From contig CAVXPZ010000003.1 in the NCBI GenBank assembly GCA_963763775.1, positions 736,001 through 800,000 on the forward strand: DNA of 64,000 nucleotides, given 5' to 3'. The notes under the pieces are model-generated. The model made no database searches. It saw nothing but the letters and a program-made list of their open reading frames with translations, and had not been told where the DNA came from. Numbering within the stretch: the stretch's first letter is position 1; each line of letters opens with the position of its first letter. Shown here piece by piece: positions 42,542 through 52,827 of the stretch. Origin of the DNA: an uncultured Chloroflexia bacterium (GTDB taxonomy: Bacteria > Chloroflexota > Limnocylindria > Limnocylindrales > CSP1-4). The position numbers and the translations under genes were made by a program.

Positions 42542-43039
42542 TCAGGCGCTCGGCGACGGGGTCGGCGCGGGTGTCGTGGTCGGCTTCGGCGTCAACGTGG
42601 GCAGGGCTTCGGGATCGACCTGGGCGTTCGGGACGAGGACGAGCTCCCAGCCGACCTCGAGCCGGTCCGGGCGGTACTTCGTCGACTCCGGGTCCAACGA
42701 CGGATACGTCACGCGGTTCCAGTAGCTGATGCTCAGGGCGGTCGTCTTGAACTGCTTCGCGATCCTGGCGAGCGTGTCCCCCCGCTTGACCTTGTAGGTC
42801 GCGAACGACGGCCCCGGCGTGGGCGTCGGCCGGAAGAACGAGGGCGTCGGGCTCGGCCCGGTCGGGATCGATCCGGACGGGGAGGGGGACGACCCGTCGG
42901 CCGTCGCGGCGCTCTGGCTTTGGCGGAACGCGGGCTCGGGCACGCAGGCCCAGAGCGCCAGCGTCAGCGACACCAGCGCGAGCTTCACCACCCCGGAGGA
43001 CCGCGATCGTCGCATCGTCGTCGGGTCATGGTGACGCAT
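42542..43039 (-). CDS. LysM domain lipoprotein
   Basis: LALWAC lipobox; YKVKRGDTLARIA...WN...LEVGWEL. Confidence 0.85.
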   Translation of the reverse strand: MRHHDPTTMRRSRSSGVVKLALVSLTLALWACVPEPAFRQSQSAATADGSSPSPSGSIPTGPSPTPSFFRPTPTPGPSFATYKVKRGDTLARIAKQFKTTALSISYWNRVTYPSLDPESTKYRPDRLEVGWELVLVPNAQVDPEALPTLTPKPTTTPAPTPSPSA

Positions 43040-43055
43040 CCGCGTCTCGCGAGCC

Positions 43056-45986
43056 TCAGTCGGTCGAGGTCGTCGGGTCGATCGGCGTCGGGGACTGGAG
43101 CGAGACCTCGGCCGCGAGCGCGGAGCCTTCGGCCGCGGTCGCGATGCGATCGCGCCCGCCGCGCTTCGCGACGAAGCAGGCACGGTCCGCGGCCAGGAGC
43201 ACGGACGTCGCGTCGAGCCCGTCGGCCGGATACGTCGCGATCCCGATCGAGGCACTGACTCCGTGGCCGGCCGTCTTCACGGATTGCGACGCCCGCTCGG
43301 CGACGAGCATGGCACCGGTCGCCTCGGTTCCCGGGAGGAGGAACGTGAACTCGTCGCCGCCGTATCGGAAGATCAGGTCGCTGTCGCGGCCGGCGCGGAC
43401 GAGCGCCGTCGAGATGTCGCGCAGCAGTCGGTCCCCGGCCTGGTGGCCGAGGCTGTTGTTGACGTTTCGGAAGTCGTCCAGGTCGAGCATGATCAGGCTG
43501 AACGGCAGGCCGGCGTGGACGGCCCGGCCGAGGCGGTCCTCGAACGTGCCGTGGTTCAGCAGACCGGTCAGGTCGTCGGTCTGCGCGCGGAGTTCGAGGC
43601 CGCGGAACGCCTCCGCGTTCTGGAGCGCGATGGAGACCTGCGCGGCGAACAGCTGGATGAGCTCGAATTCGTCGTCGGCGAAGGTGTTGCCCACACCGAG
43701 TCGCTCGACCGTCAGGACGCCGATCGCGCCATCACGGCCGCGGAGCGGGACGACGACCAGGCTGCCGTCCTGCGACTCCTCCTCGCCGAAGTGGTTGACC
43801 CGCGAGTCGTGCCGCTCGTCGGCGATGTACGTCGGCTCGTTGTGCTCGACGACCCAGGTCGCGATCCCGGTCTCGCCCGGCTCCCACGGCAACAGGTAGC
43901 TCTTGGCATGGACGCCCCGGGCGGTCAGCGGCGTGAGGAGGGCCGTCGTCGGGTCGATGACCTCGATCGCGATGTTGTCGCAGGCGACGAGGCCGCCGAG
44001 CCGCTCGGTGATGGTCTCGAGGACATCGCGGCCGTCGAACGTGGTCAGGATCGACTCGGTGATCTGGAGGAGTTCGCGCTGGCCGCGCACCTGCCGTTCG
44101 AGCGCCGCGCTCTGCTCGCGCAGCCGCTCGGTGGTGTCGGCGTTCGCCATCGCCTGCGCGGCGAAGCTCGCATAGATCACGAGGAGTCGCAGGTCGTCGT
44201 CCGTGAACTGCTCTAGTCCGAGCTTCGAGAGGACGAGCACGCCCATCACCCGATCGTCGAAGGTCATCGGGGCGAGCAGCATCGACTCGTCGAGGTCGTC
44301 CTCGGTCCCCGGGATCGTGTTGGCCCGCGGGTCCTTGGCGGCGTCGCCGAGGTTCTGGGCCACGCCGTGCTCGGCCACCCACCCGGTGATGCCCTCGCCG
44401 AGCTTGACCCGCAGCTGGTCCGGGGTCTCGTCGACGTACTCGCCGACCTGGCCCTTCATCGCGACCGGGATGAGGTCCGTCCCGGTCAGGCGGTAGACGC
44501 GGACGTTGTGGTAGTCGATGAGCTGTCGGAGCTCGGTGGCGATGGCCAGGCCGATCTCGTGGACGTCCGACAGGCGATTGAGTCGCGTCCCGAGCTGCTG
44601 GATGGACTGCAGCTGCGCCGCCCACGACGCCATCTGCTGGTAGTCCTGGGCTGCCCGGATCGCGACGCTCGCCTGGGTCGCGAGGGCCTCCATCGTGTCG
44701 AGGTCCCCCTCCGACCACGCGTGCGGCCGGTCGTGGTACACGTTGAGCAGGCCGAGGAGGTGGTCGCCCTCCAGCAGCGGCGCGGCGCAGATCGTGTCGA
44801 ACCCCTCCTGGATGATCGCGGCCCGCAGCTCCGCGCCGCGCGGGTCATTGCGGTACCCCACGGCGAACAGCGGCTGTCGGGCCGCCACGGCGGCGGCGGG
44901 GAGCGACCCGGGGCGGAGTTCGCGGATGTGAGCGAGATAGGTGCCCGAGAGGCCCCGGCTCACCTCGGCCACGGTGGTGCCGTCGGGACGCCGCAGATAG
45001 ACCGCGCCACGGTCGCCCTCGAACAGGACCATCGCGTGCTGGACCAGCCCGGACAGGATCCGGTCGAGGTCGAGGCGGCTCCCGATGTCCGTCGAGACAC
45101 GCCGGAGCGCGTCCGAGCGGTGGAGCTGGCGAGCCGTCTCCTCGCCGCGCTTCGCGAGCGACGTCACGGTCCCGATGCCGTCGGCCACCACCGAGACCAC
45201 TTCGAGGTCGTACGCGGAGAACCGCGCGCGCCGATCCGCGGCAAGGTGCAGGACGCCCCACGGCTCGTCGAGACCGGGGATGACCGCCGCGATCTCGATG
45301 CGACCGCCGGGCAGGAGTGGCAGCGGGCCGGGCCCCGGTTCGTGGCCGGTCGTCGCCCGACCGCGACCACGACCCACGACGGCGTCCGCGAGGGCGGCGC
45401 CCAGGACGCCGAACGCGCGCGGCCGATCGATGAGGTGGTCGTGCGACACGCCCTCGGCCCACGCCGTGACCCGGGGCACGAGGCGATCGCCGCGCAGCTC
45501 CCAGATGGCCGCGAGATCGTGCCCGCCCGCGTCACGGATCGCCTCGGCGGCACGGGTGAGGTCGGTCTCGAGGTCGCCGCTATCGACGGCGAGGCGGGTG
45601 ATCACGTCGATCAGGGCAAGGTCGGCGATCTGCCGATCGTCGGCCAGCGGGTCCGGCTCGCGCGGGATCGGCGGGGCGGCCTGGGCGCGGCGATCCGTGG
45701 GGCTCGCGAGCGGGATCCGGGCGAGCGGTCCGCCCCGTCGGCCGCCGGGGCCGGCGCGAGGCGGCCATGGGGCCGTCGACTCGGATCCGGCCTCGGCCGC
45801 GGCGAGGAACCGCTGGAGGTCGGTCAGCCGGTAGCGTCGGTCGCCACGCGGATTGATCCGGTAGTAGCGAAGCCGGCCGGCGTCACTCCACGCCCGGACC
45901 GTGTTCGGGTGCACCCCCAGCAGGCGGGCGGCCTTGGTGACGGTCAGCGTCGCGTCCGTAGGTCGGGATGGAAGGGCCGTGCTCAC
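43056..45986 (-). CDS. diguanylate cyclase with N-terminal MerR/excisionase-like HTH and multiple GAF domains
   Basis: LTVTKAARLLGVHPNTVRAWSDAG...GDRRY; GAF repeats; TDDLTGLLN; RDSD I-site; RYGGDEF. Confidence 0.92.
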   Translation of the reverse strand: MSTALPSRPTDATLTVTKAARLLGVHPNTVRAWSDAGRLRYYRINPRGDRRYRLTDLQRFLAAAEAGSESTAPWPPRAGPGGRRGGPLARIPLASPTDRRAQAAPPIPREPDPLADDRQIADLALIDVITRLAVDSGDLETDLTRAAEAIRDAGGHDLAAIWELRGDRLVPRVTAWAEGVSHDHLIDRPRAFGVLGAALADAVVGRGRGRATTGHEPGPGPLPLLPGGRIEIAAVIPGLDEPWGVLHLAADRRARFSAYDLEVVSVVADGIGTVTSLAKRGEETARQLHRSDALRRVSTDIGSRLDLDRILSGLVQHAMVLFEGDRGAVYLRRPDGTTVAEVSRGLSGTYLAHIRELRPGSLPAAAVAARQPLFAVGYRNDPRGAELRAAIIQEGFDTICAAPLLEGDHLLGLLNVYHDRPHAWSEGDLDTMEALATQASVAIRAAQDYQQMASWAAQLQSIQQLGTRLNRLSDVHEIGLAIATELRQLIDYHNVRVYRLTGTDLIPVAMKGQVGEYVDETPDQLRVKLGEGITGWVAEHGVAQNLGDAAKDPRANTIPGTEDDLDESMLLAPMTFDDRVMGVLVLSKLGLEQFTDDDLRLLVIYASFAAQAMANADTTERLREQSAALERQVRGQRELLQITESILTTFDGRDVLETITERLGGLVACDNIAIEVIDPTTALLTPLTARGVHAKSYLLPWEPGETGIATWVVEHNEPTYIADERHDSRVNHFGEEESQDGSLVVVPLRGRDGAIGVLTVERLGVGNTFADDEFELIQLFAAQVSIALQNAEAFRGLELRAQTDDLTGLLNHGTFEDRLGRAVHAGLPFSLIMLDLDDFRNVNNSLGHQAGDRLLRDISTALVRAGRDSDLIFRYGGDEFTFLLPGTEATGAMLVAERASQSVKTAGHGVSASIGIATYPADGLDATSVLLAADRACFVAKRGGRDRIATAAEGSALAAEVSLQSPTPIDPTTSTD

Positions 45987-46073
45987 GAGACTCTGTAGCA
46001 AGAAATGTGAAGTCGACGCGGCGAGCCTACCAAGCTCACAGTTCTTGCCAATAGTCCGAAGGTCCCGGGACGG

Positions 46074-46313
46074 TCAGCCCGTGCGGCGGCCACCCGACAG
46101 GCGGATGTAGACGAGGGTGACCACCAGCGTCCCCACGCCGATGGCCAGCACGGCCAACAGGGCGAACGCCGGGTCGCCGACGAGTCCGGGTCCCTGCCCG
46201 GAGCTGCGGGGGTCGCCGCCGGTGCCCGGGGTCGGACTGGCGGCCAGGACGGCACCGACGGTGGCGAGGCTGAGCGCGACGGCCACGACGGCCGCCGCGG
46301 CGGCGCCGATCAC
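46074..46313 (-). CDS. small membrane protein
   Basis: 79 aa with two hydrophobic helices flanking GGDPRSSGQGPGLVGDP. Confidence 0.65.
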   Translation of the reverse strand: MIGAAAAAVVAVALSLATVGAVLAASPTPGTGGDPRSSGQGPGLVGDPAFALLAVLAIGVGTLVVTLVYIRLSGGRRTG

Positions 46314-46328
46314 GTCGGCGAACGGATC

Positions 46329-47042
46329 TCACAGCACGAGGTCGGCGATGGCCCAGATGATGCCGATCGTCAGCAGGACCATCGCGGCGCCGAGGCTGAT
46401 GGCGGCCGCCAGCGGACGGCGCGACCCGCTGCCCGCCAGGACCCGCATCGCCTCGTCGGGCTCGAGCGTGCTCAGGACCAGCGGACGGCCGAGTCCCGCG
46501 GTCATGCGCGGCTCGCCGTCCGGGCCGACCGTCGGCATCCCCAGCACGAGGGCGTGCTCGACCGAGGAGACCTGGTCGACGCGGAGGCGGACCGGCGTGG
46601 CCGGGGCGGTGCCGGCCGGGACGCGGTCGGGCGCGTCCGCGGCCGTGCCCACGGACTCGCGCGGGATGACGACGAGGCCGTCGTCGAGGGCGTCGGCATC
46701 GATGTCGATCCCATCGAGCCCCTCGCGGACCTGGAACGCGACGGTCTCGCGCCGCTCGTCGATGACGCGCCAGTCCTTGCCGTCGCGCAGTTCCAGACGT
46801 GTCCGCCGCAGGACGAGCGGGCGATGCGCGTCGTCCTCGAACTCGTCCTCGGCGTCGATCCGGCCGCTGATCCGCACGTAGCGTGACGGCCCGGCCGCGG
46901 CGGCGATGGCATCGGCGACGGACACCGCGGGCGTCGTCGTCAGGAGCCGGCCCACGCGATATCGCGGGCCGAACGAGCGGAGGATCGACGCGCCGATGGC
47001 GAGCGCGATGAGGCCGGCGACGATGGGGATGAGGGAGGTCAC
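46329..47042 (-). CDS. hypothetical protein with terminal TM helices
   Basis: TATCAT-N7-GTG start; TM, soluble domain, TM; GC3-rich. Confidence 0.7.
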   Translation of the reverse strand: MTSLIPIVAGLIALAIGASILRSFGPRYRVGRLLTTTPAVSVADAIAAAAGPSRYVRISGRIDAEDEFEDDAHRPLVLRRTRLELRDGKDWRVIDERRETVAFQVREGLDGIDIDADALDDGLVVIPRESVGTAADAPDRVPAGTAPATPVRLRVDQVSSVEHALVLGMPTVGPDGEPRMTAGLGRPLVLSTLEPDEAMRVLAGSGSRRPLAAAISLGAAMVLLTIGIIWAIADLVL

Positions 47043-47364
47043 GGCGGCGATGATAGCGCCGGGCATGGAAAGGCCCGAAGGAACCTACCCGACACGTGGG
47101 CGTTGATGCGATCGCCGCCGTTAGTGTCGCTCGACCCCTCCGGGCTGACATCCACGATACGGTGCCCGCCCGCACCGACGCAATGGAGATGTCCACCACT
47201 TCGCGTCGACACCACTGGGTTATCCACCGGCCGTCCACAGTCGGAGCCGCGTGGTGGGCGGTCGGCCGGCTCGCGCTCCGATCGCCTCGCGCACTCGCGC
47301 ACGCCTGCGTGGGCGTGCGACTCGCGAGTTCGGCGCTGCCGCGTGCCGGCCACCCGCCCGCGGA

Positions 47365-47935
47365 TCAGGCGGCAGAGCGACCGGTCGCGGGGTCCAGGGC
47401 GTTGAGCTGGCCGTCGTAGCTGGTGAGGACGAGGCGGCCGCCGATGAGTTCGGCGGCGGTGACGACGTCGGAGTGGGCGAGACGCCAGGCGACGGTGCCG
47501 TCGGACTCGATGGCGAACGTCTCGAGTTCGCCCTGGACGATGACGTGCGGCCATCGCGACGAGCCGATGAGGGCCACGATCGGCGTCGCCGAGCGGTGCT
47601 CCCAGGCCGGCTCACCGGTCGCCGTCGCGAGGCCGAACGTGTGGAACCCGTAGCTCACGACCAGCAGTCCGGCCGTGTCCCAGTGGACGGCCCGGGGCTC
47701 GTCGGAGATCGTCGAGGCGAAGCGGGCGGTCCACGCTCCGCGCGGCCCTTCGAGCCGGAGTTCGGCCCGGCAGAGCGGCTCGGGTCGGCGGCGACACGCG
47801 GTCCGAGATCGACGACCGTGCCGCCCACCTCGGAGAGGGCGAAGACCGCTCGCCGCTGCCGCTGCCGCCCCATCGCCATCGGGCGCGCAGCCCGCCGGGG
47901 TAGGTGATCGTCGCGTTCCGCGGTTCGGCGGTCAC
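47365..47935 (-). CDS. hypothetical protein with PQQ-like propeller motifs (frameshifted)
   Basis: ATGEPAWEH, DGTVAWRL and LNALDPATG; GTGA overlap with the YbaK gene. Confidence 0.6.
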
Positions 47936-48565
47936 GCGCTGGGGGCGGTCTCGGCGGATCGGTCGGAGGTCGCCGCGTCGGGCTCGCCATCGGCGGCCGC
48001 GTCGCCGCCCGCCGAGTCGCCTCCGCCGCCCGACGCCTCGGGCTCGCGCGCGGGCTCGGGGGCCGGCCGCTCCTCGGTGATCGGCGCGACGGTCGCGTTG
48101 GCGAGGATCCGGAGCGTCCCCGGTGGGACCGGGAAGACGGCCGTCGGGAGACCCGCCGCCGCCCACACGACCTGGTAGCGGCCGAGGTCCGGGTCCATGA
48201 CGACGCGGACCGGGCGGATGTGGCCGATCGGCGGGATCCCGCCGATGACGAAGCCGGTGAGGTCGTTCGCCTCGCGGGCGGTCGCCCGCCGGATGTCCTG
48301 CTCCCCGGTGACCGCGGCGAGCCGCGCCAGGTCGACGCGGTTCGGACCGGAGACGAGGGCGAGGATCGGCTCGAGGCCGTCGTCGCCCGGGGCGGCGAAC
48401 ACGAGGGACTTCACGATCTGGCCGAGCTCCGCGCCGACCGCGGCCGCGGCTTCCTGCGCGGTGTGGGTCGACTCGTCGAACACGCGTGACCTCGAGGGTC
48501 ACGCCCTTGCGCGCCGCGGCCTCGATGACGCGGCGGACGGCGGGATGGTCGAGCGGGTCGGGCAC
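47932..48565 (-). CDS. YbaK/EbsC aminoacyl-tRNA editing family protein (frameshift near 48485)
   Basis: HTAQEAAAAVG, QIVKSLVF, TGFVIGGIPPIGH and VWAAAG. Confidence 0.9.
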
Positions 48566-48604
48566 GGCGCGGAGTCTAGCATCGGACCGGGTAGCATCGA
48601 CCCG

Positions 48605-49293
48605 ATGCACGCCCTGGTCCTCGCCGACGGTGACGCCCCGGTCCGGGCGACCCTCGACGCTGCCTGGCCCGGCTGGGCGGACGGCGTGGGGTTCGTCGTG
48701 GCGGCGGACGGCGGGGCGCGACACGCGGCTGCGCTCGAGGTCGCGATCGACCTGTGGGTCGGCGACGGCGATTCGCTCGGCCCGGACGGTCTCGCCGCGG
48801 CTCGAGGCGGATGGCGTCCCGATCGAGCTCGCCCGGACCGACAAGGACGAGTCGGACACGGAACTCGCGGTCCGGGCCGCGATGCGACATGCCCCCGACG
48901 CGATCGTCGTCGTCGGCGCCGTCGGCGGAGCCCGGCTCGATCATGCGCTGGCGAACATCGGTCTGCCGGCGCTCGCGATCGTCGCCGGGGTGCCGGTCAT
49001 CCTCCTGACCGAGTCGGCCAGGGTCGGATGGCTGACCGGCCCGGGCGTGGACGGCACCGCGGCGACCTGGCCGTTCGTCGGCGGACCTGGCGGGCTCGTC
49101 TCGCTGCTGCCGATGGCGGTCGGGCGTGGACGGCGTGACCACCGACGGCCTCCAGTACCCGCTTCGCGACGAGCCGCTGCCGGCCGGCTCCACCCGCGGC
49201 CTCTCGAACGTCATCGAGCGCGCGGGCGCCGAGGTCACGCTCCGGTCGGGCTCCCTGCTCGTCATCGAATCGCCTGCTACGCTCCGGGCATGA
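48605..49293 (+). CDS. thiN: thiamine diphosphokinase (frameshifts)
   Basis: AADGGA, VGDGDS, DKDESDTELA, GGARLDH, GLQYPL and RGLSNV. Confidence 0.88.
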
Positions 49294-49776
49294 GCATCCC
49301 GCAACCCGGCGATATCGCGCCGGACATCGCCCTGCCGGACGAGACCGGCACCATCCATCGACTGGCCGACCAGCGCGGCCGCTGGACGATCGTCTACTTC
49401 TACCCGAAGGACGACACCCCCGGCTGCACGGTCGAGGCCTGCGAGTTCCGCGACGCGAACACGACGATCCACGAGCGCGGCGCCGACGTCTGGGGGATCT
49501 CGCCCGCAGGGCTCGGGCAGCAAGCGGGCGTTCCGCGAGAAGTTCGAGTTGCCGTTCACGCTGCTCGCCGACGAGCGCCATGAAGTGGCCGAGGCCTACG
49601 GCTCGTGGGTCGAGAAGATGAACTACGGGAAGACGTACATGGGGACCGCCCGGACGACCTTCCTCGTGGACCCGGACGGCCGGATCGCCCGAACGTGGCC
49701 CAAGGTGAAGCCCGAGGGTCATGCCGCGGATGTGCTCGCGACGCTCGACGAACTCCAGGCGGTGCGGGCCGGGTGA
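49290..49776 (+). CDS. bcp: peroxiredoxin Bcp (frameshift near 49510)
   Basis: YFYPKDDTPGCTVEACEFRD; LPFTLLAD; RTTFLVD; VKPEGHA. Confidence 0.92.
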
Positions 49777-49929
49777 CGGAGCGGAGGCGATTGAGACTTC
49801 GCTCGTGGGGGGAGACGAGCGAAGCCTCGGCCGGAAGGGTACTGCCGCGTCATGCCCGGTGCAAGACGCGTCGTCGAGTTTCGCAAACGTCCCGCGAGGC
49901 TCGTCGGCCACTGCCTGCGATGGCTGCGC

Positions 49930-50707
49930 ATGACCGAGCCGACGAGCGATCCCGCGGCGCCGCCGGCGAACGAGCCGCACGCGTGGCGCCCTGAGCGGTT
50001 CATGGTGATCGCCGCCCATCCCGACGACGCGGAGTTCGGGCCGGCCGGGACGGCCGCGCGCTGGATCGACCAGGGCGCCGACGGCTGGCTGGTGTGCTGC
50101 ACGAGTGGCGACCAGGGCGGGGAGGACCCCGACGCCGACCCGATCGAGCTCGGTGCGCTGCGCGAGCGCGAGCAGCGGGCGGCGGCCGAGGTGATCGGCT
50201 ACGACGGGGTCTCGTTCCTCCACCATCCGGACGGCGGACTCGCCAACGACCTCGCCCTCCGCGAGCAGCTCGTCCGCGAGATCCGGACCTTCCGGCCGGA
50301 TGCCGTCTTCGCCACCGACCCCGAGGCGCTCTTCTACGACGACGGCGGCGTGAACCACACCGACCATCGGGCGGCCGGGTTCGCGGCGGTCGACGCGGTC
50401 TACCCCGCGGCCCGCAATCCGATGGCGTTCCCGGCGCTGGCCCGCGGCGGGTCTCGGGGCCCACCGCGTCCGCCGCCTGTACCTGTTCTGGTCGAACCGA
50501 CCCACCGTCTGGGTGGACATCTCGACGACCTTCGATCGCAAGGTGGACGCGCTGCGGGCGCACGCCAGCCAGATCAAGGATCCGGGCGGGCTCGGCGAGC
50601 GGATGCGCGAGTGGGCCGCCGAGGAGGGCAAGGCGATCGGCGTCGATGCCGCCGAGGCCCTTCGCTTGATCGTCATCGATGACGACGAGGACGAGGGTCC
50701 GGGCTGA
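49930..50707 (+). CDS. PIG-L/LmbE family deacetylase (frameshift near 50450)
   Basis: AHPDDAEF, REREQRAAA, NHTDH and DIS...KVDALRAHASQ. Confidence 0.9.
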
Positions 50708-50719
50708 GCCTGAAGCGCC

Positions 50720-52595
50720 TCAGGCGCCGTCGAGCAGCAGCGGCCGCACGCGGCCCCACTCGTTCCACAGGTCGGCGAGGCCGTCCGCCCGGCGTCCGAG
50801 GAGGGCCACCAGCTCGCTCAGGCTGAGGTCGCCGGCGGTCTGGGCGAGATGCTCGTCCGCCGCGACCGACACGTCGCGGTACAGCTCGGCCATCTCGGTC
50901 TCGGTGGGCCACGAGCGCATCCGCATCGGGTCGAGCCCGGCATACCCGAGCGCCAGCGACAGGTCGCGTTGGGATGGGACCCGCTCGTCGGCGAACCCGC
51001 CGAGCCCATCGAAGCGGTGGCCGAGCGAGGCCAGCGCCTGCGAGATCTCGCGATCCTGGACCAGGGTGAACGTGCCCCAGAACGGGTGCTCGGTCGGGAA
51101 CACGAGAGCACCGGCCTCGATGCTGACCGCGACGACCGCGTCGACGAGGTTGCTCAACGTCAGCTGCCAGCGCCGCCGCGCGACGGGATCCTCGCCCGCG
51201 AGGCGATCGACGAGGGCGATGAGCGCCGTCCGGTCGCCGCGGACCAGGCGGAAGATCGTGGGCGTCCCGCCGCCGCTGAGCGCTGCGGCCAGCGGCTGAT
51301 CGTCCTCGTTCGAGGGACCCGGGCGCTCCACCCATGGCGCCGCCGGGATCGGCTCGACGACGCCCGCGGCGGACCGCTCGTCGCACTCGGCGAGTGACTG
51401 GCGTGCGGCGAGGCAGGCCGCCTCCGCCTGCTCGGCCGCGATCCGGACCGCATCCGCCTCGAGCGCCATGCGCTCGAGCGAGGCCCCCAGGTTGGTGGCG
51501 GCCATTCGCTCGCGCTTGGCCGTGGCCGCGGCGGCGCGCGCCGTGCTGTTGACGTCGTTGATCTCGACCAGCCAGTCCCGGGCGGCCGCCTCGGCGTCCT
51601 CGGCCGACTTCGCGCCGTTGTAGGCGGTCCGGAACCGCGCCTGCGCGGCCTCCTTCTCGCGGCGGACGGCGCGCGCATCCGCGATCGCGGCGGCGGCGTC
51701 GGCCTTGGACATGTGGTCGTCGTAGGTGCGCTGGGCGAGTCGCACGGCATCGGCCGCCTCGGTCGCGCCGGCGCGCGCCCGGACCGCGAGGCCGCACCGT
51801 TCCGCGGCGATCCGCCGTTCCCCGGCGCACGGGTCGCTCGTGTCGAGGACCGCGTCGATCCCGGCGCCGTCACCGCTCCCGGCGGCACCAGCGCCGGCCG
51901 CGCCCGCGGAGCCACCCGACCCGCTCGCCGTGCCGTCGGCCGGGCGCCTGCGGCCCGTCCGCGCCGCCCGGCGCCGCGTTCTCGGCGACGGGTCGTTCGA
52001 GGACGGCGATCGCCGTCCCGATCCGGAGCGGTTCGGCTTCCAGTGCGGGCGAGCCCTCGGGATCCGCCCCGTCGACGGACCCGGTGCCGCTCGAACGCAT
52101 CACGGACGTCACGGCGCTCACCCCCAGTGCGGCCAGGACGGGATCGTCGCCGCCGTCCACGGGGATGCCGACGAGCGAGCCGACGGGCCCGGTGGTGCCG
52201 CCCGGATCGGCGAGCGGGTAGGTCGGCCCGATCACGCGCTGCATCGATGGCCCGCCCTGGGCGGTCGATCCCACGGCCATGGAGGCGGTCGCGAACACCG
52301 GAACGCCGGGGCCGGACCGAACGCTCGTTCGACGTTCGACGGTTCGGTCGGCCATGGGGACCTCGGTAAGGCGACGGTCCGCGGGACCGCCGCGAGCGGG
52401 TTCGGCACCGGCGGTCATGAACGCGTCGTCCGACAGCGTCGACGGGCGGCGTCGTGGGATGGCATCCGTCTCCACGATCACGCGAACCGGTCGCGGAACG
52501 GGGGGTCGGGCTCGCAACACCTCGACGAGGGCGGCGCCACTGGCGATCCCGAGCACGAGGCCCAGGGCCAGGAAGGTGAATTCGCTGGCGGTCAC
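50720..52595 (-). CDS. large membrane-anchored coiled-coil hypothetical protein (frameshifted)
   Basis: N-terminal TM TASEFTFLALGLVLG; Ala-rich coiled segment; C-terminal HPFWG/FDGLGGF domain. Confidence 0.6.
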
Positions 52596-52827
52596 GCTGC
52601 CCGCATCTCTCGGCTCGACTCCCTCCGAGTCACGGCGGTTGCCCGAGGCAGCGTAGCTGCGAGATCGGGCACCGTCAACTCGCGCGGAACGTCCCGGACC
52701 TCACTCTCGGGCCGCGGTCGGGGCTCTTTGCAGGGGCGGAGACGCGGATGGTAGATTCGCCTCGACGGCCGCCTGCCGCTCTTCAGCCTGCGCTCGACCC
52801 CCTCCGAAGGGAAAGGCACGACCCCGC

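Noticed and set aside
47190-47240. DnaA-box-like TTATCCACC as a replication origin
   Set aside because: Only one near-consensus box, no AT-rich unwinding element, and no dnaA/dnaN nearby.
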